A stretch of 64,000 nt of DNA, taken from sequence record MW812343.1. The stretch is one strand, 5' to 3'. The position numbers were made by a program, and so were the translations under genes. Below are positions 54,197 to 64,000 of the stretch, one piece after another. Numbering within the stretch: the stretch's first letter is position 1; each line of letters begins with the position of its first letter. The notes below the pieces were generated by a model, which did not search any database, was not told the origin of the DNA, and was given only the letters and a program-made list of their open reading frames with translations.

Positions 54197-55464
54197 CAGA
54201 TGAGACCTGCCCTTTTCAGAATGCGTTGATAATCAGATTGATACACCCACCATGTTAACTTCCGGCGCACCGGGTCAATGTGGGGATAACCGTAAAAGTT
54301 GAACAGTGGCAGGAATTGTGGAATCACCTGCACTAACTGGTCACGCGCCATCGGCACGAAGTTACCGGTCTGGAGACTCTCCGGGGTCGGCGACATATCC
54401 GGGTTAAAGTACGAAACCGTCGCATTGAACATCTCCATGTACAGTGGGTCGTCGTAACGCGCCCCGATACATTGCCATTGCAACGTGATGTTAGTGTCAT
54501 CGTTGGTCTGGGGTTTGGAGTTGTCGACCTGTGCCATCTGACCGGCGTTGTTGTTCATGGGCCACGCTACACAGGCGGTCCAGAAGCGGGTGATGTTCCC
54601 CATCGGATCGTACTTCATTCCGTAGATACGCGATTGGTAATCAATACGACGTTGAATCGAGTTACGAATCTTTGGCATGAACTGGCCGCGGCGAACACCG
54701 GACATGTATTCCAGCCAGCAACTGGCCATGCGCATAATCGCATTACCGTACGGGTTGACCAACGTTGAGGACATGGTATAGCCGTAGTTCACCAAGTTCG
54801 TGGAATCGACCATCCCCCACTGTTCACGCATCAAACCTTCGTCTGACATCCAGTTGTCCACAGACTCATCCGGCATTCCCGATAAGCTAATCAGCTGTGT
54901 GGAAAGCAATGGTATGAAAGCCTGTAAGTTATCGAAGGGGATATCCGGTAAAAACGGTGTCCCTAACCGATTCTTTCTCAATCCATTCGACGTTATTGGC
55001 GAATCGGAGAACCCCAGTTCGAAATCAGGGTCGAGGGCTGCCAGTATCGAATAGTCAAGCGACGACTTCGGCTGCATTGCCATGTTTGACAAGCGACGTG
55101 AATTCGAAATGTTATCGTAGCTGAGGTTGAAATCCGGTCGGGTAAAGAAGGTCAAGCCCCCATATTCGCGGTTTACCGGAACGGGGTTGTTGGCCATCAT
55201 ATGGTTGAACCCCATCAGGGGATTGGTCATACGCTGCGCAGCGATACCTAGACCGACTGACAAGCGGATGCGGTCCGCCCACACGGATAACTCATCATCG
55301 AAACTCTTCTTTTGAGTGGGAGCTGTCGATGAAGACCGGCCGTCTATGTAACCCGCTAACGAAGGAACGGCATCGGAATTATTCGGGTTCGGGACGGTAT
55401 AGTCGATATCCGTATTGGGGTCGTAACCGGGATCTGTATTCTTCTTTTCAGTCTCGTCACTCAT
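54196..55464 (-). CDS. virion structural protein (phiKZ gp88-like)
   Basis: 422 aa, coupled to the downstream gene; GGAG RBS. Confidence 0.7.
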   Translation of the reverse strand: MSDETEKKNTDPGYDPNTDIDYTVPNPNNSDAVPSLAGYIDGRSSSTAPTQKKSFDDELSVWADRIRLSVGLGIAAQRMTNPLMGFNHMMANNPVPVNREYGGLTFFTRPDFNLSYDNISNSRRLSNMAMQPKSSLDYSILAALDPDFELGFSDSPITSNGLRKNRLGTPFLPDIPFDNLQAFIPLLSTQLISLSGMPDESVDNWMSDEGLMREQWGMVDSTNLVNYGYTMSSTLVNPYGNAIMRMASCWLEYMSGVRRGQFMPKIRNSIQRRIDYQSRIYGMKYDPMGNITRFWTACVAWPMNNNAGQMAQVDNSKPQTNDDTNITLQWQCIGARYDDPLYMEMFNATVSYFNPDMSPTPESLQTGNFVPMARDQLVQVIPQFLPLFNFYGYPHIDPVRRKLTWWVYQSDYQRILKRAGLI

Positions 55465-55493
55465 GAAATTTTTACTCCGGAGTAAAGTATAAA

Positions 55494-56735
55494 ATGGCAG
55501 AAAAAACTGTTGAGACGAGTGTCATCTCGTTTCTCTCTAAATTCCCAGACCTGTTTCGGCAGCGCGCCGATTCGCTGGAAGAGTTCAACCAGATTCTGTA
55601 TAACGAATACACTACGCTTGTTGAACAGTCGCTGTTAGGCGTTGATTACCTGCCGGGCATTCTGGATAAATTGCAGATACTGCTGGCTGCTAACCAATTA
55701 ACTGCCATCTCCCTGCTGATTGGCGTGCCTGAGGTGGATGTTATCGGTACGCTGGATAAAATCTCCACGCGTCGTAACTCCCTCGATGCCGCCGCGCGCA
55801 GCGGTTCCCGCTTAGCCACCATGGCTATCGGCGAACGCCGGGGTCGCTTTGGTTTACCGTCATACGATAGCCTCGCCATCGCTGTGGGTGAATCCAGCCG
55901 CCGTGGTAGCCGTCCGGTGAACCAGAACAACCAGTTCAATGGCCCGACTGACGTTACGAACAACAACGACAACAGTCGCACCGAGAACTACAACTCGACC
56001 ACCAATAACTACGACAGCAAGTCGGGTAAAGTGGCGTCCACGCTGCCGTCTAACTTCATGAAGCAGATGATGGAGCAGGAAGGTCTGGCCGGGGGTAAAG
56101 TCTTCAGCGCCACCTTTGAGCGTAACGGAAACAAAACCGAAGTGCCGATGCGTCTGCGCCTCGATGTGAAATCTGTTCCGACCGACGGCATGGAAACCCT
56201 GATTGCATTTGCTTCTGAGCAGAAAGACTTCTGGGAACGCTACATCCGTCTGCAACATAAAGGTGATCGTCAAGGGGGTTGGCTGGATAAACTGGCGGCT
56301 GCCAAAGACCTCGCCTTCTCCAACGACCTGATGGAAGAGTACCGTAAGAACCGCTACCGCGATAAGACGGGCTACTACACCAAGATGATGGAGAAACGCA
56401 ACGGTAACTGGCTGAGTGGTCTGCTGACCCTGTCGCCGTCCATCAACAACGCCTCCGGTGTCATGGTGGTTTCTCAGGAGACTATCGATGGTCTGGAAGC
56501 GCAACTCGGTGGTAGCTTCGATGACTTCAACGTGCGTCAGCGTGTGTTCCAAGACACCCTGACTGTCTACTACGTCGTGGTAGACACAACGTGGAACCGC
56601 GTCACGATCTACACCCGTGGTCTGAACGGCTCTCAGGAACTGGATAAGTCTGACTTCTCCAAATCGAAATCTGGTGCGGCCGATGTGAACAAAATCATCG
56701 AAGCCTACCGCTCTGGCGCACAGCCGGTTCTCTAA
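55494..56735 (+). CDS. virion head protein (phiKZ gp89-like)
   Basis: 413 aa, GGAG RBS; synteny. Confidence 0.7.
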   Translation: MAEKTVETSVISFLSKFPDLFRQRADSLEEFNQILYNEYTTLVEQSLLGVDYLPGILDKLQILLAANQLTAISLLIGVPEVDVIGTLDKISTRRNSLDAAARSGSRLATMAIGERRGRFGLPSYDSLAIAVGESSRRGSRPVNQNNQFNGPTDVTNNNDNSRTENYNSTTNNYDSKSGKVASTLPSNFMKQMMEQEGLAGGKVFSATFERNGNKTEVPMRLRLDVKSVPTDGMETLIAFASEQKDFWERYIRLQHKGDRQGGWLDKLAAAKDLAFSNDLMEEYRKNRYRDKTGYYTKMMEKRNGNWLSGLLTLSPSINNASGVMVVSQETIDGLEAQLGGSFDDFNVRQRVFQDTLTVYYVVVDTTWNRVTIYTRGLNGSQELDKSDFSKSKSGAADVNKIIEAYRSGAQPVL

Positions 56736-56746
56736 GGGGTATAGCA

Positions 56747-57682
56747 ATGCCTATTCCAAACATGCTGTCGGTGCTCTTACCGAGCTTCGAAGCAACGAAT
56801 CTGAAAAACACGCTGAATGCAAACTGCGATGCCATCAGTGAATCACTGTTGCCACAGTTTGAAAGTATGCGTGACCTGGTCGGTAGCGAACAGGGGAAAC
56901 CGTTCCTCTCTAAGCCGGTACAACAGCTGAGCGAAGAGTTGGTGAAAATGATGCGCAGTTCTGGCCTCGAGGTCAAAGGTCTGCGCGATCCGTCTGCACT
57001 GGAATATATCATCGCCTCCATGCGCAATACGCTGGAGCTGCGTCCGTTTATTGAACAGTGCATTAACCGCGACATCGGTAAGCAAGTTGTTACCGCGTCA
57101 CTGACGTTCAACAAATCCACGCTCCTTCAATTGCTGGACCTCATTAACTTCTTTGTTCTTTACAGCGGTACGCTGATAAACTACATCACCGCCGAAGAAC
57201 TCGGCGCGGTGGAGAACTCGAACATCGCAGTGAAAGGTGTGGGTCCAAACGATTTGCAGTACCTCCATGTTCGCATGGTGACGTACGGCATCGCTTGTCG
57301 TGTTCTGGCTACGCCTCAGTCGAAGCTCAAAGCAGACTATGCGGATATCCCGGAAGCGGTATTTGACGAAGATACCTACAATGATCTGGTTAAGTCTTTC
57401 GGTTCGAAAGCGACCGATCCGTTGGGTCTCTCCGCGGTACCATTCCCGCTCTCTATCATTTATCGGATTAATCTGTCGTGGAATGAATGGCAGATGGACA
57501 ACTACGATGAAGTGTGTGAAGCGGCGAAAGCGGCCGAGTACCGTATCTTACTGTTCAAGAAACAGCAAGCGGAAGGCAAAGGCGACGCGGCGTTGGAAAT
57601 CCTTATCGAGAAACACGAAAAGCGTCTGGATTCCCTGAAACGCAAACGTGAGCGTCTGGCGAAAAAGAACGGTCTCGAATAA
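56747..57682 (+). CDS. virion head protein (phiKZ gp90-like)
   Basis: 311 aa; synteny. Confidence 0.7.
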   Translation: MPIPNMLSVLLPSFEATNLKNTLNANCDAISESLLPQFESMRDLVGSEQGKPFLSKPVQQLSEELVKMMRSSGLEVKGLRDPSALEYIIASMRNTLELRPFIEQCINRDIGKQVVTASLTFNKSTLLQLLDLINFFVLYSGTLINYITAEELGAVENSNIAVKGVGPNDLQYLHVRMVTYGIACRVLATPQSKLKADYADIPEAVFDEDTYNDLVKSFGSKATDPLGLSAVPFPLSIIYRINLSWNEWQMDNYDEVCEAAKAAEYRILLFKKQQAEGKGDAALEILIEKHEKRLDSLKRKRERLAKKNGLE

Positions 57683-57697
57683 CAACAGGAGAGACTG

Positions 57698-58258
57698 ATG
57701 AACCAGATTAACAACCCAGACTTTAATGTGGCCGAACGCCTCGTTAAACGTTATATGGCCAAACTGACCGAAAACCCGACCGAAGTCCATGATGATGAAC
57801 TCATTCATGAGACGTTGACGGCGGTGGCGGTGATTCTGCCTTACTTCCGCCTGCTTGCAGCGGAGTCTGTGCAACAGGTATTATATGACGAATTTCCACA
57901 AATCGGTTTTACGTTCAATACGTTTTACAATGAAACGGTTGCGTTTATTGTGGACGGGAAAAAACGTACGACCAATGTCGGTACCTGGTCTATTCTGATG
58001 TCGACGTACATGAACGATGTGCACGGCACCAAATACGTCCAAGAAACAGGCAGCTTGGGCTCGCGTATGATGGCTGCTGCTTTCGGTAAAGCAGGTCGCG
58101 TCCGTAACATGGGCACTGAACACCAAACCATGCAGCCGGATGTCCGCCTCTTATCTTATGCAGACCACGAACTGCTCGCACGGTGGATGACGCGTACTAA
58201 CGGATTGTCCGATATGATTACGTCGCTGGCAGTATTCTTGAAAATCGCACGTCCCTAA
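57698..58258 (+). CDS. virion head protein (phiKZ gp92-like)
   Basis: 186 aa, CAGGAG RBS; synteny. Confidence 0.65.
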   Translation: MNQINNPDFNVAERLVKRYMAKLTENPTEVHDDELIHETLTAVAVILPYFRLLAAESVQQVLYDEFPQIGFTFNTFYNETVAFIVDGKKRTTNVGTWSILMSTYMNDVHGTKYVQETGSLGSRMMAAAFGKAGRVRNMGTEHQTMQPDVRLLSYADHELLARWMTRTNGLSDMITSLAVFLKIARP

Positions 58259-58315
58259 GGGGGCCCCTTTCTAGGGGCGTGTAATTCGGTTATAACCAAA
58301 CAGGAAAGAAATCAA

Positions 58316-59644
58316 ATGGCAAATTTTGCACAACGCAGAGCTGCTCGTGAAAGCATCGAAAACACCGAACCGGGTGAAATCGACGGCCTGTCCAACGTAG
58401 AGCCGGGTGTAGAAAACCTGGATACCCAACTGGCTGAAATGGCGTCGGAAGATGCTCAGCTGGAAGGTCTGGCTGGCGACCAGGATACCCTGGGTGCGGA
58501 CACCGCACGTACTGAAGACGCTATCGACGATGCGCAAGACGCAATCGATAACGGCGAAGAACAATCCGAAGAGTCGATTGCCCACACCGAAGTGGCGCAA
58601 GAGTCTATCCGTCGTCGTTGGGGTATTGACCGCACCAAGCTGGCGCGTGAAAGCTTCCGCCGTGGCCGTGGCATGACTGCCGCTGCGCAGGAAGGCTGGA
58701 AAGAAACCCTGAAAGATCTGTGGAAACGTTTCCTTGAGCTGATCAAGTCAATCGTTAACAAGATCAAAGAGCTGAAACTCAAGTACATCAACGTGGGTAA
58801 AACCGCGCAGACCCGTGCTAAGAAGTATCAGGCCGCTATCAAAAACCTGGGCAGCAAGAAAACCAAAGATGAAATCGGCGGTAGCTGGATCAGCAAACTG
58901 TCCATCGAAGGCGCATTCAACGTTGATGGTTCTATCGGCATCGCTAAAGAAGTGACGCAGGGTAAAGCCAAAGGCGCGATCGCTGCCATGACCACTCAGG
59001 CTGGCGCAGCTGCTACCTACGTCGTGAAAGCGGCTGACGGTGAAGTGTCTGCTTCTAAAGCCTCTGGCGGTTCTTCTGCAACTGGTCCGGGCGTAATGCT
59101 GGCCTCTGATGCGCCGAGCTACGACAAAGTCGAGCTGTTCGGTACCGCAGCGACCAAACTTCAGAATCTGGAAGAGTTCGCAGATGGCGAATACCAGAAA
59201 CTGCAAGCACTGCCGGGCAACGCCTACATTCAGGTGGGTAACAAGAAACTGGCTGGCGGCGTTGATTTCGCAGCTATCGGTTTCATGACCACCGGTGATG
59301 CGACTGAAGAGAAGCAGATCGCGACTCCTGAGCTGGGCAAACTGACTTCTGCTGCGCAGGGTCTGGATGCAATCGGTAAAGGTTTCGAGAAAGTCCTGCA
59401 AGACTTCCGCACCTTCGACAGCGAAGTTGAGAAACTGCAACGCGCTGCTGAAAAAGCCTCTGCTGCTGTGGATAAAGCTGACGACGCGAACCGCGAAGCG
59501 CTGCAATCTGCACGTACCGCTGCTGACCAGTCTGTGAAGAACTATCAGGTTCTGAACCGTGCTGTGTCTTACGTGGCTAACACCGTTATCGCTGGCCTGA
59601 ATGGCTACATCGGTGCTGGTATCGGTGCCTACGGTAAGAAGTAA
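58316..59644 (+). CDS. abundant internal head/ejection protein, paralog 1 (phiKZ gp93 / SPN3US gp53 family)
   Basis: Acidic propeptide with repeated A-x-E sites (AARE, VAQE, LARE, AAQE), then W..LK.LW amphipathic helix. Confidence 0.8.
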   Translation: MANFAQRRAARESIENTEPGEIDGLSNVEPGVENLDTQLAEMASEDAQLEGLAGDQDTLGADTARTEDAIDDAQDAIDNGEEQSEESIAHTEVAQESIRRRWGIDRTKLARESFRRGRGMTAAAQEGWKETLKDLWKRFLELIKSIVNKIKELKLKYINVGKTAQTRAKKYQAAIKNLGSKKTKDEIGGSWISKLSIEGAFNVDGSIGIAKEVTQGKAKGAIAAMTTQAGAAATYVVKAADGEVSASKASGGSSATGPGVMLASDAPSYDKVELFGTAATKLQNLEEFADGEYQKLQALPGNAYIQVGNKKLAGGVDFAAIGFMTTGDATEEKQIATPELGKLTSAAQGLDAIGKGFEKVLQDFRTFDSEVEKLQRAAEKASAAVDKADDANREALQSARTAADQSVKNYQVLNRAVSYVANTVIAGLNGYIGAGIGAYGKK

Positions 59645-59720
59645 GCCTTCTTAACCCGTAAACGACCCGACGTTAATCATTGAGGTGGGGCACGCTGCCC
59701 CACCTAGAGGAAAAGTGAAA

Positions 59721-61001
59721 ATGGCAAACTTTGCACAAAAACGCGCTGCTCGCGAATCCATTGAAGGCACCGGTACTGTTGTTCCGGATGGCCTGGAGCT
59801 GCCAGCAGAATCGGTTGAAGGTATTCTGGCCGAACTGGCTGAGAAAGAGCGTGATATCGATACCACTGACTCTGAGCACGATTTGCTGGTTGAAGATGGT
59901 AACGAAACTGATGCGCAGCTGGACGCGGTAGACGCGGCTGACGACGCAGCAGCTGATCCGTCTGACGACAAAATGGAAGCGGAAGAAGACATGCCTGACG
60001 AAGCAGCGGAATCGCTGGACGTTGCGCAGGAATCTATCCGCCGCCGTTGGGGCTTCGATCACCGCACCAGCGTAGCTCGCGAAAGCTACGGCAGCCGTAA
60101 CCGTCGTAACGTGGCTCGTGAGAGCCTGTGGGAAGACATCAAAGCCTTCCTGAAGCGTGCGTGGGAATGGCTGAAAGAGCAGGGTCGTAAGATCAAAGAC
60201 CGCTGGCTGAAATTCAGCAACCAGGGTAAATCCATCCAGGGTCGCTCTAAGAAGTATTCCGAGCAGATCAAAAACCTGGGCAAACAGAAGTCTGGTAAAG
60301 ACAAACTGTCTGGCGGGTTCATCAAAGACCTGACCCTGAACGGTAAGTTCGAAGGTACCAACACTGCGGCTATCGATGCAGTCTTCGTTAAACACGGCGA
60401 CTTCGCGAAAGTGCAGGATATGGTTCTGGGCGAAATGACCAGCGCGGTTGACGAAATCTCTAACGCGTCTGAAGCTGACTTTACCAAAACCGGTAAAACA
60501 GCTAAACAGCTGGCTGACGTCATGGGTGGCGATCTGAAAGGCGAACATCCAATGTTCGGCAACCAGGTCTTCAAAGTTGACACCGAAGCGACTGCTGACG
60601 GTGAAAGCTTCGAAGTGAGCACCACCGTTGTTGAAGCAGACCACAGCGTAGAAAGCGACATCTCTACCCCGTCTGTTGCACAGCTGTCTTCTGTTAACAC
60701 CTACTTCAACAAAGTGGGCGTGGAAATCGAGAAGAAGGTGAAAGCGTATCACGCGACTAACCAGAAACGCGATAAGTACGAAGCGGCTATTGAGAAACTG
60801 CTGAAGAAAGTTGACGGTGTCAAAATCGACGCTGAAAACGGCGAGTTCTCTAAGTGCATCCGTCTGATCCGTAAAATGATCGGCGCGACCAACCAATACC
60901 TGGGCGCTGCTGAACGTGCCGATGCTTCTAACACCAAGAACATCGTCTCCGGTCTGAACGGCCTGCTGGTTGCTGGTATCGCAGCTTACGAGAAAAAGTA
61001 A
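59721..61001 (+). CDS. abundant internal head/ejection protein, paralog 2 (SPN3US gp54 family)
   Basis: Shares MANFAQ.RAARESIE and VAQESIRRRWG with the upstream paralog. Confidence 0.8.
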   Translation: MANFAQKRAARESIEGTGTVVPDGLELPAESVEGILAELAEKERDIDTTDSEHDLLVEDGNETDAQLDAVDAADDAAADPSDDKMEAEEDMPDEAAESLDVAQESIRRRWGFDHRTSVARESYGSRNRRNVARESLWEDIKAFLKRAWEWLKEQGRKIKDRWLKFSNQGKSIQGRSKKYSEQIKNLGKQKSGKDKLSGGFIKDLTLNGKFEGTNTAAIDAVFVKHGDFAKVQDMVLGEMTSAVDEISNASEADFTKTGKTAKQLADVMGGDLKGEHPMFGNQVFKVDTEATADGESFEVSTTVVEADHSVESDISTPSVAQLSSVNTYFNKVGVEIEKKVKAYHATNQKRDKYEAAIEKLLKKVDGVKIDAENGEFSKCIRLIRKMIGATNQYLGAAERADASNTKNIVSGLNGLLVAGIAAYEKK

Positions 61002-61025
61002 GTTAGCGTGCCGCTAAAGCGGACT

Positions 61026-61060
61026 ACCCTACTCCTTCGGGAGTAGGGTTTTTCTTTTTT
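61026..61060 (+). terminator. terminator
   Basis: ACCCTACTCC-TTCG-GGAGTAGGGT plus T-run. Confidence 0.8.
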
Positions 61061-61081
61061 GTTTAAAAAGTTTTCAGATAG

Positions 61082-61096
61082 ATATTATCTTGGTGA
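61082..61096 (+). promoter_or_regulatory. putative early promoter ATATTATC-TTG-GTGA
   Basis: Motif copy 37 nt before ATG 61133. Confidence 0.65.
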
Positions 61097-61132
61097 GTAT
61101 TCATCCTGTTCACCTTTAAGGAGTATCTAACC

Positions 61133-61765
61133 ATGAAAGCTATTAGTGATAACAAAATCGTTGTTAACGTCGGGTCGTATCAGAAACCGAAAGTCCGTTA
61201 CAACCGCCGCGAAGATAAAGTCACCGTCAGTTCCGGTAAAGCGTCTTTCGACTGTACTTACCTCGAGTTCTACGCCCTGCTGATGTGGGCACGTCTGTGC
61301 TACCATGCCGAAGAACAGATGGACTTCGTCACCGGTACACACCGTTACCAGTTACAGCCACCGTACGGCGTGACTCACCGTGAACGCATCAAAGACCTGT
61401 TAGAGTCCACCAAACACTTCCTGCCAATGCCAATCGATATCCCCGCGTCTTATACGTGGGATGAAGAAGTCATCTACGGTAGCGATCTGGAGCACATCTA
61501 CGTACGTGAATCGGTTGACTCATGGCGTCCTGTGTTTGCGTTACGTGTAACGCTGCCTGCGACCATCAAGCGCGACGATGGTCTGGCACTCTACCATCAG
61601 GCGAAAGAAACCATCAACGAAGGGCGTGAGCTGCCTACCGGTACCGAAGATATCAGCATCATCTACCCGGACGATGAAGCGAAATCTCCGACGTATCGCG
61701 GCATCAATAACCGTAAGATTTTTGAAGAGTACGCCGGTGTGCCTGTTGTAGACGCACCGGTCTGA
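61133..61765 (+). CDS. hypothetical early protein
   Basis: 210 aa, TAAGGAG RBS. Confidence 0.85.
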   Translation: MKAISDNKIVVNVGSYQKPKVRYNRREDKVTVSSGKASFDCTYLEFYALLMWARLCYHAEEQMDFVTGTHRYQLQPPYGVTHRERIKDLLESTKHFLPMPIDIPASYTWDEEVIYGSDLEHIYVRESVDSWRPVFALRVTLPATIKRDDGLALYHQAKETINEGRELPTGTEDISIIYPDDEAKSPTYRGINNRKIFEEYAGVPVVDAPV

Positions 61766-61772
61766 TAAGGCG

Positions 61773-61805
61773 GCCTCACCTTCGGGTGAGGTGCTTTTAT
61801 TTTTT
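61773..61805 (+). terminator. terminator
   Basis: GCCTCACC-TTCG-GGTGAGGT plus T-run. Confidence 0.75.
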
Positions 61806-61929
61806 ACAAACCCCCTTTTGGTTATGCGAGGGGGTAGGCCCTTTTATGTCCTTGGCCGATCGATCGGCGCTTGTCGTTCAGACAAGCTGCCTTATTGCCT
61901 TTGACCTTTTCGTTTATCGAGGAACACGT

Positions 61930-62298
61930 ATGTTGGAAACAACCAGCTTTGCTTTTAAAATGGAAACCATCATCCATCCGGTGATGGTCTTCAAATCTCC
62001 TACCCGCCCGCAGATTAAGCTGTTCGTGATGTTGGAAGATTTGGAAGCGTCTTTACTCGAACTGGGTAACCGCGACTTCCGAGGCCCAATCACGATTCGA
62101 CTGGCGACACCGTTCTACGGCAAAGAAACTTACGCTAACAGCCGCATGGACGGTGTGGTGTTTGATGTCGATCACCGTACTGTTTCTACGGCAATTATCA
62201 CCGACAGCGTAGAACTGTTTACGTTCTCTCGCAGAACCTTCACCACGTATCTGCGCGAACTCATCAAAGAAATTAACAAGAGCAAGGATGAGAAATGA
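61930..62298 (+). CDS. hypothetical protein
   Basis: GAGGA RBS before ATG 61930. Confidence 0.8.
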   Translation: MLETTSFAFKMETIIHPVMVFKSPTRPQIKLFVMLEDLEASLLELGNRDFRGPITIRLATPFYGKETYANSRMDGVVFDVDHRTVSTAIITDSVELFTFSRRTFTTYLRELIKEINKSKDEK

Positions 62299-62816
62299 TT
62301 ACATCCGCCTTTGTAGGTGTTCGCACCGCGTACACGATGCTCTACCCAAGTTATAGCCTCGCCATGATAAACCGACACACCTCGGAGAGGGTGGAATTGG
62401 GTGGGGGTGAATGGAAGCGTACGGACATGGCCGATACTGGAATATGTTTCGGTGTGGCTATGGTGGTGCAAGACTATCTCCGTCTGCGGTTTCAACAGGA
62501 AAGCGAAATCGTTTATATCTACCGGCGTTACGACGCCGAAGAAGGTGACGGTTTCGAAGATGTGCTTGTCCATGCTGTGTTGTTTGCAGACGGTAGATTT
62601 TACGACACCGATGATTTTAATGGGGTCGAGAAGTTTGAAGACTTGACCTACATCAAAACGTTTGATGGCTTAGGTGTGCGTGACCACTACCCCGTATATG
62701 CTGAGCGGGCCGATACTGGTAGTCGCGATGAGATACACAACAAGATTTCAGACAAGCTCCATACCGCCATTGAAAACATATTCACCATTTCTATCCCAAG
62801 AAGGAGTATCTTTTGA
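62295..62816 (+). CDS. hypothetical protein
   Basis: 173 aa, ATGA overlap. Confidence 0.8.
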   Translation: MITSAFVGVRTAYTMLYPSYSLAMINRHTSERVELGGGEWKRTDMADTGICFGVAMVVQDYLRLRFQQESEIVYIYRRYDAEEGDGFEDVLVHAVLFADGRFYDTDDFNGVEKFEDLTYIKTFDGLGVRDHYPVYAERADTGSRDEIHNKISDKLHTAIENIFTISIPRRSIF

Positions 62817-63337
62817 AACTGTCCATGATTGTCGCGGTCGACCGCAATAACGCGATTGGCAAGAACAACGAGCTGCCTTGGCGTTTACCGGCTGACCTCA
62901 AGAACTTCAAATCCATCACCATGGGTAAACCGATGATTCTCGGCCGCAAGACGTGGGACAGCTTTGGTCGTAAACCGTTACCGGGACGCGAGCATATCGT
63001 GGTCACCCGTTACGTAGACGACCTGACCGTGGAGGGTGGTGACCCGAAACTGGTTATCGGCGTGAAGAACATCAAAGCCGCCATTGACTTCTATCGTGAT
63101 ACCGGCATGAAAGAAGTTTTCATCATTGGCGGTGCGGAAATCTACCACCAGACCATCGGGTTGGTCGACCGTATCTATCTCAGTCGTGTTGACACGGCTG
63201 TTGAAGGGGCTGACGCGTTCTTCCCGGAGATTAACCGGGACGTCTTCCAACAGACGTTATCGTTACGCCACAGCAAAGACAGTGGTGACAACACGTACGA
63301 CTGGCATTTCCAAATCTGGGATAAAGGAGGGGTTTAA
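62813..63337 (+). CDS. folA: dihydrofolate reductase
   Basis: IVAVDRNNAIGKNNELPWRLPADLKNFK, MILGRKTWDS, PLPGREHIVVT, FIIGGAEIY, DAFFPEI. Confidence 0.97.
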   Translation: MKLSMIVAVDRNNAIGKNNELPWRLPADLKNFKSITMGKPMILGRKTWDSFGRKPLPGREHIVVTRYVDDLTVEGGDPKLVIGVKNIKAAIDFYRDTGMKEVFIIGGAEIYHQTIGLVDRIYLSRVDTAVEGADAFFPEINRDVFQQTLSLRHSKDSGDNTYDWHFQIWDKGGV

Positions 63338-63338
63338 G

Positions 63339-63668
63339 ATGGGTGGTTATGCTCTGACAGAAATGAATGAGTACGAAATGAATGAATCGCTGGAGCGGTT
63401 CTTTCGTGAGATTACGGGGAAAGAGGAAGTGCCTGTTAAGGTACTACTGACCCAGAAGAACAGCGACCCGTACGACACGCAGTTGCGTGGCATCGCGCTG
63501 TATGAAGGGATGACGTACAACTTCCTTCGCCTGACGCCACAGCAGGCGAGCAAGGTGATGGTGAAGTCTGACCTGTGCAGAAACACGGCAGTGATTCGTG
63601 AATCGTACAACATGACCGTTGTACGCAGCAAGACATTAATTGCTGGCGTGGTTTACGAGCCGTTCTAA
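63339..63668 (+). CDS. hypothetical protein
   Basis: GGAGG RBS before ATG 63339. Confidence 0.8.
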   Translation: MGGYALTEMNEYEMNESLERFFREITGKEEVPVKVLLTQKNSDPYDTQLRGIALYEGMTYNFLRLTPQQASKVMVKSDLCRNTAVIRESYNMTVVRSKTLIAGVVYEPF

Positions 63669-63672
63669 AAGT

Positions 63673-63700
63673 GGGGAGCTTCGGCTCCCTGTTTTTTTTT
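63673..63700 (+). terminator. terminator
   Basis: GGGAGC-TTCG-GCTCCC plus T-run. Confidence 0.8.
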
Positions 63701-63769
63701 TGCATTTGCGTTCAGTGATATGTATAAGCACAAGCAATGGCCACCATGTGGACGGCCTGAGGGGATGAA

Positions 63770-64000
63770 ATGCAACAGTATTTCGAAGTGCCGTCACTTG
63801 ATGTGACCATCCGCAAGGCGGTTATTGACGGCATCGTCTATCGTTTATTAAACGAATCGGGTATGGACAAGTCAGACGCGGTCTTTTTAGACTCGTTTAA
63901 CACTGCCCACCAACCGGGCTCGACCCTCGGTGATGAAACCGAAGTGGAGTACGCATCCACTGACCGTGTCTACGTCGAGATTGAAGAAGAACGTGACGAG
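63770..64000 (+). CDS. 3'-truncated ORF, probable virion structural protein
   Basis: GAGGGG RBS, MQQYFEVPSLDVTIRKAVIDG... open to the window end; upstream TATG. Confidence 0.65.
   Translation, partial: MQQYFEVPSLDVTIRKAVIDGIVYRLLNESGMDKSDAVFLDSFNTAHQPGSTLGDETEVEYASTDRVYVEIEEERDE

Noticed and set aside
20040-60700. Long antisense ORFs in the track (e.g. 20040-20705, 24358-25074, 47252-48079, 51266-51709, 55860-56747, 59673-60896)
   Set aside because: Shadows of strongly codon-biased genes; no RBS or motifs.
1-64000. CRISPR array, IS/transposase, intein, rRNA
   Set aside because: No regularly spaced direct repeats, DDE/tyrosine recombinase motifs, intein splice motifs or rRNA signatures seen.

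Overview
This 64 kb window comes from a phiKZ-related, nucleus-forming jumbo myophage (Chimalliviridae-type). From recall, its gene order resembles SPN3US and the Erwinia phiEaH2 group. About 1-7.9 kb is an accessory/RNA island. It holds a 5'-truncated HslV-like Ntn peptidase, a TerB + small membrane protein + TAXI solute-binding cassette, a ParB-N protein and an HNH endonuclease. It also carries 10 canonical tRNAs, a ~620-nt highly base-paired ORF-poor segment, and about a dozen non-canonical tRNA-shaped or ACCA-tailed hairpin RNAs interleaved with the tRNAs. About 8-47 kb is the conserved replication/nucleus core: split family-B DNA polymerase (two genes), chimallin, non-virion RNAP subunits (beta'-N, gp68-like, beta-C, beta'-C), an Mre11/SbcD-like nuclease, ChmC- and PicA-like proteins, an SF2 helicase and a virion RNAP beta' piece. 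About 47-61 kb is virion head/ejection and structural genes, followed by DHFR and small ORFs. The most novel-looking signals are (i) the large ornate ncRNA candidate at ~3012-3635, (ii) the array of tRNA-mimic/CCA-tailed RNAs at 4037-6762, and (iii) a -1 programmed frameshift signature at 42060-42096. Homology names rest on motifs and synteny recalled without database access. RNA structures were paired by eye.
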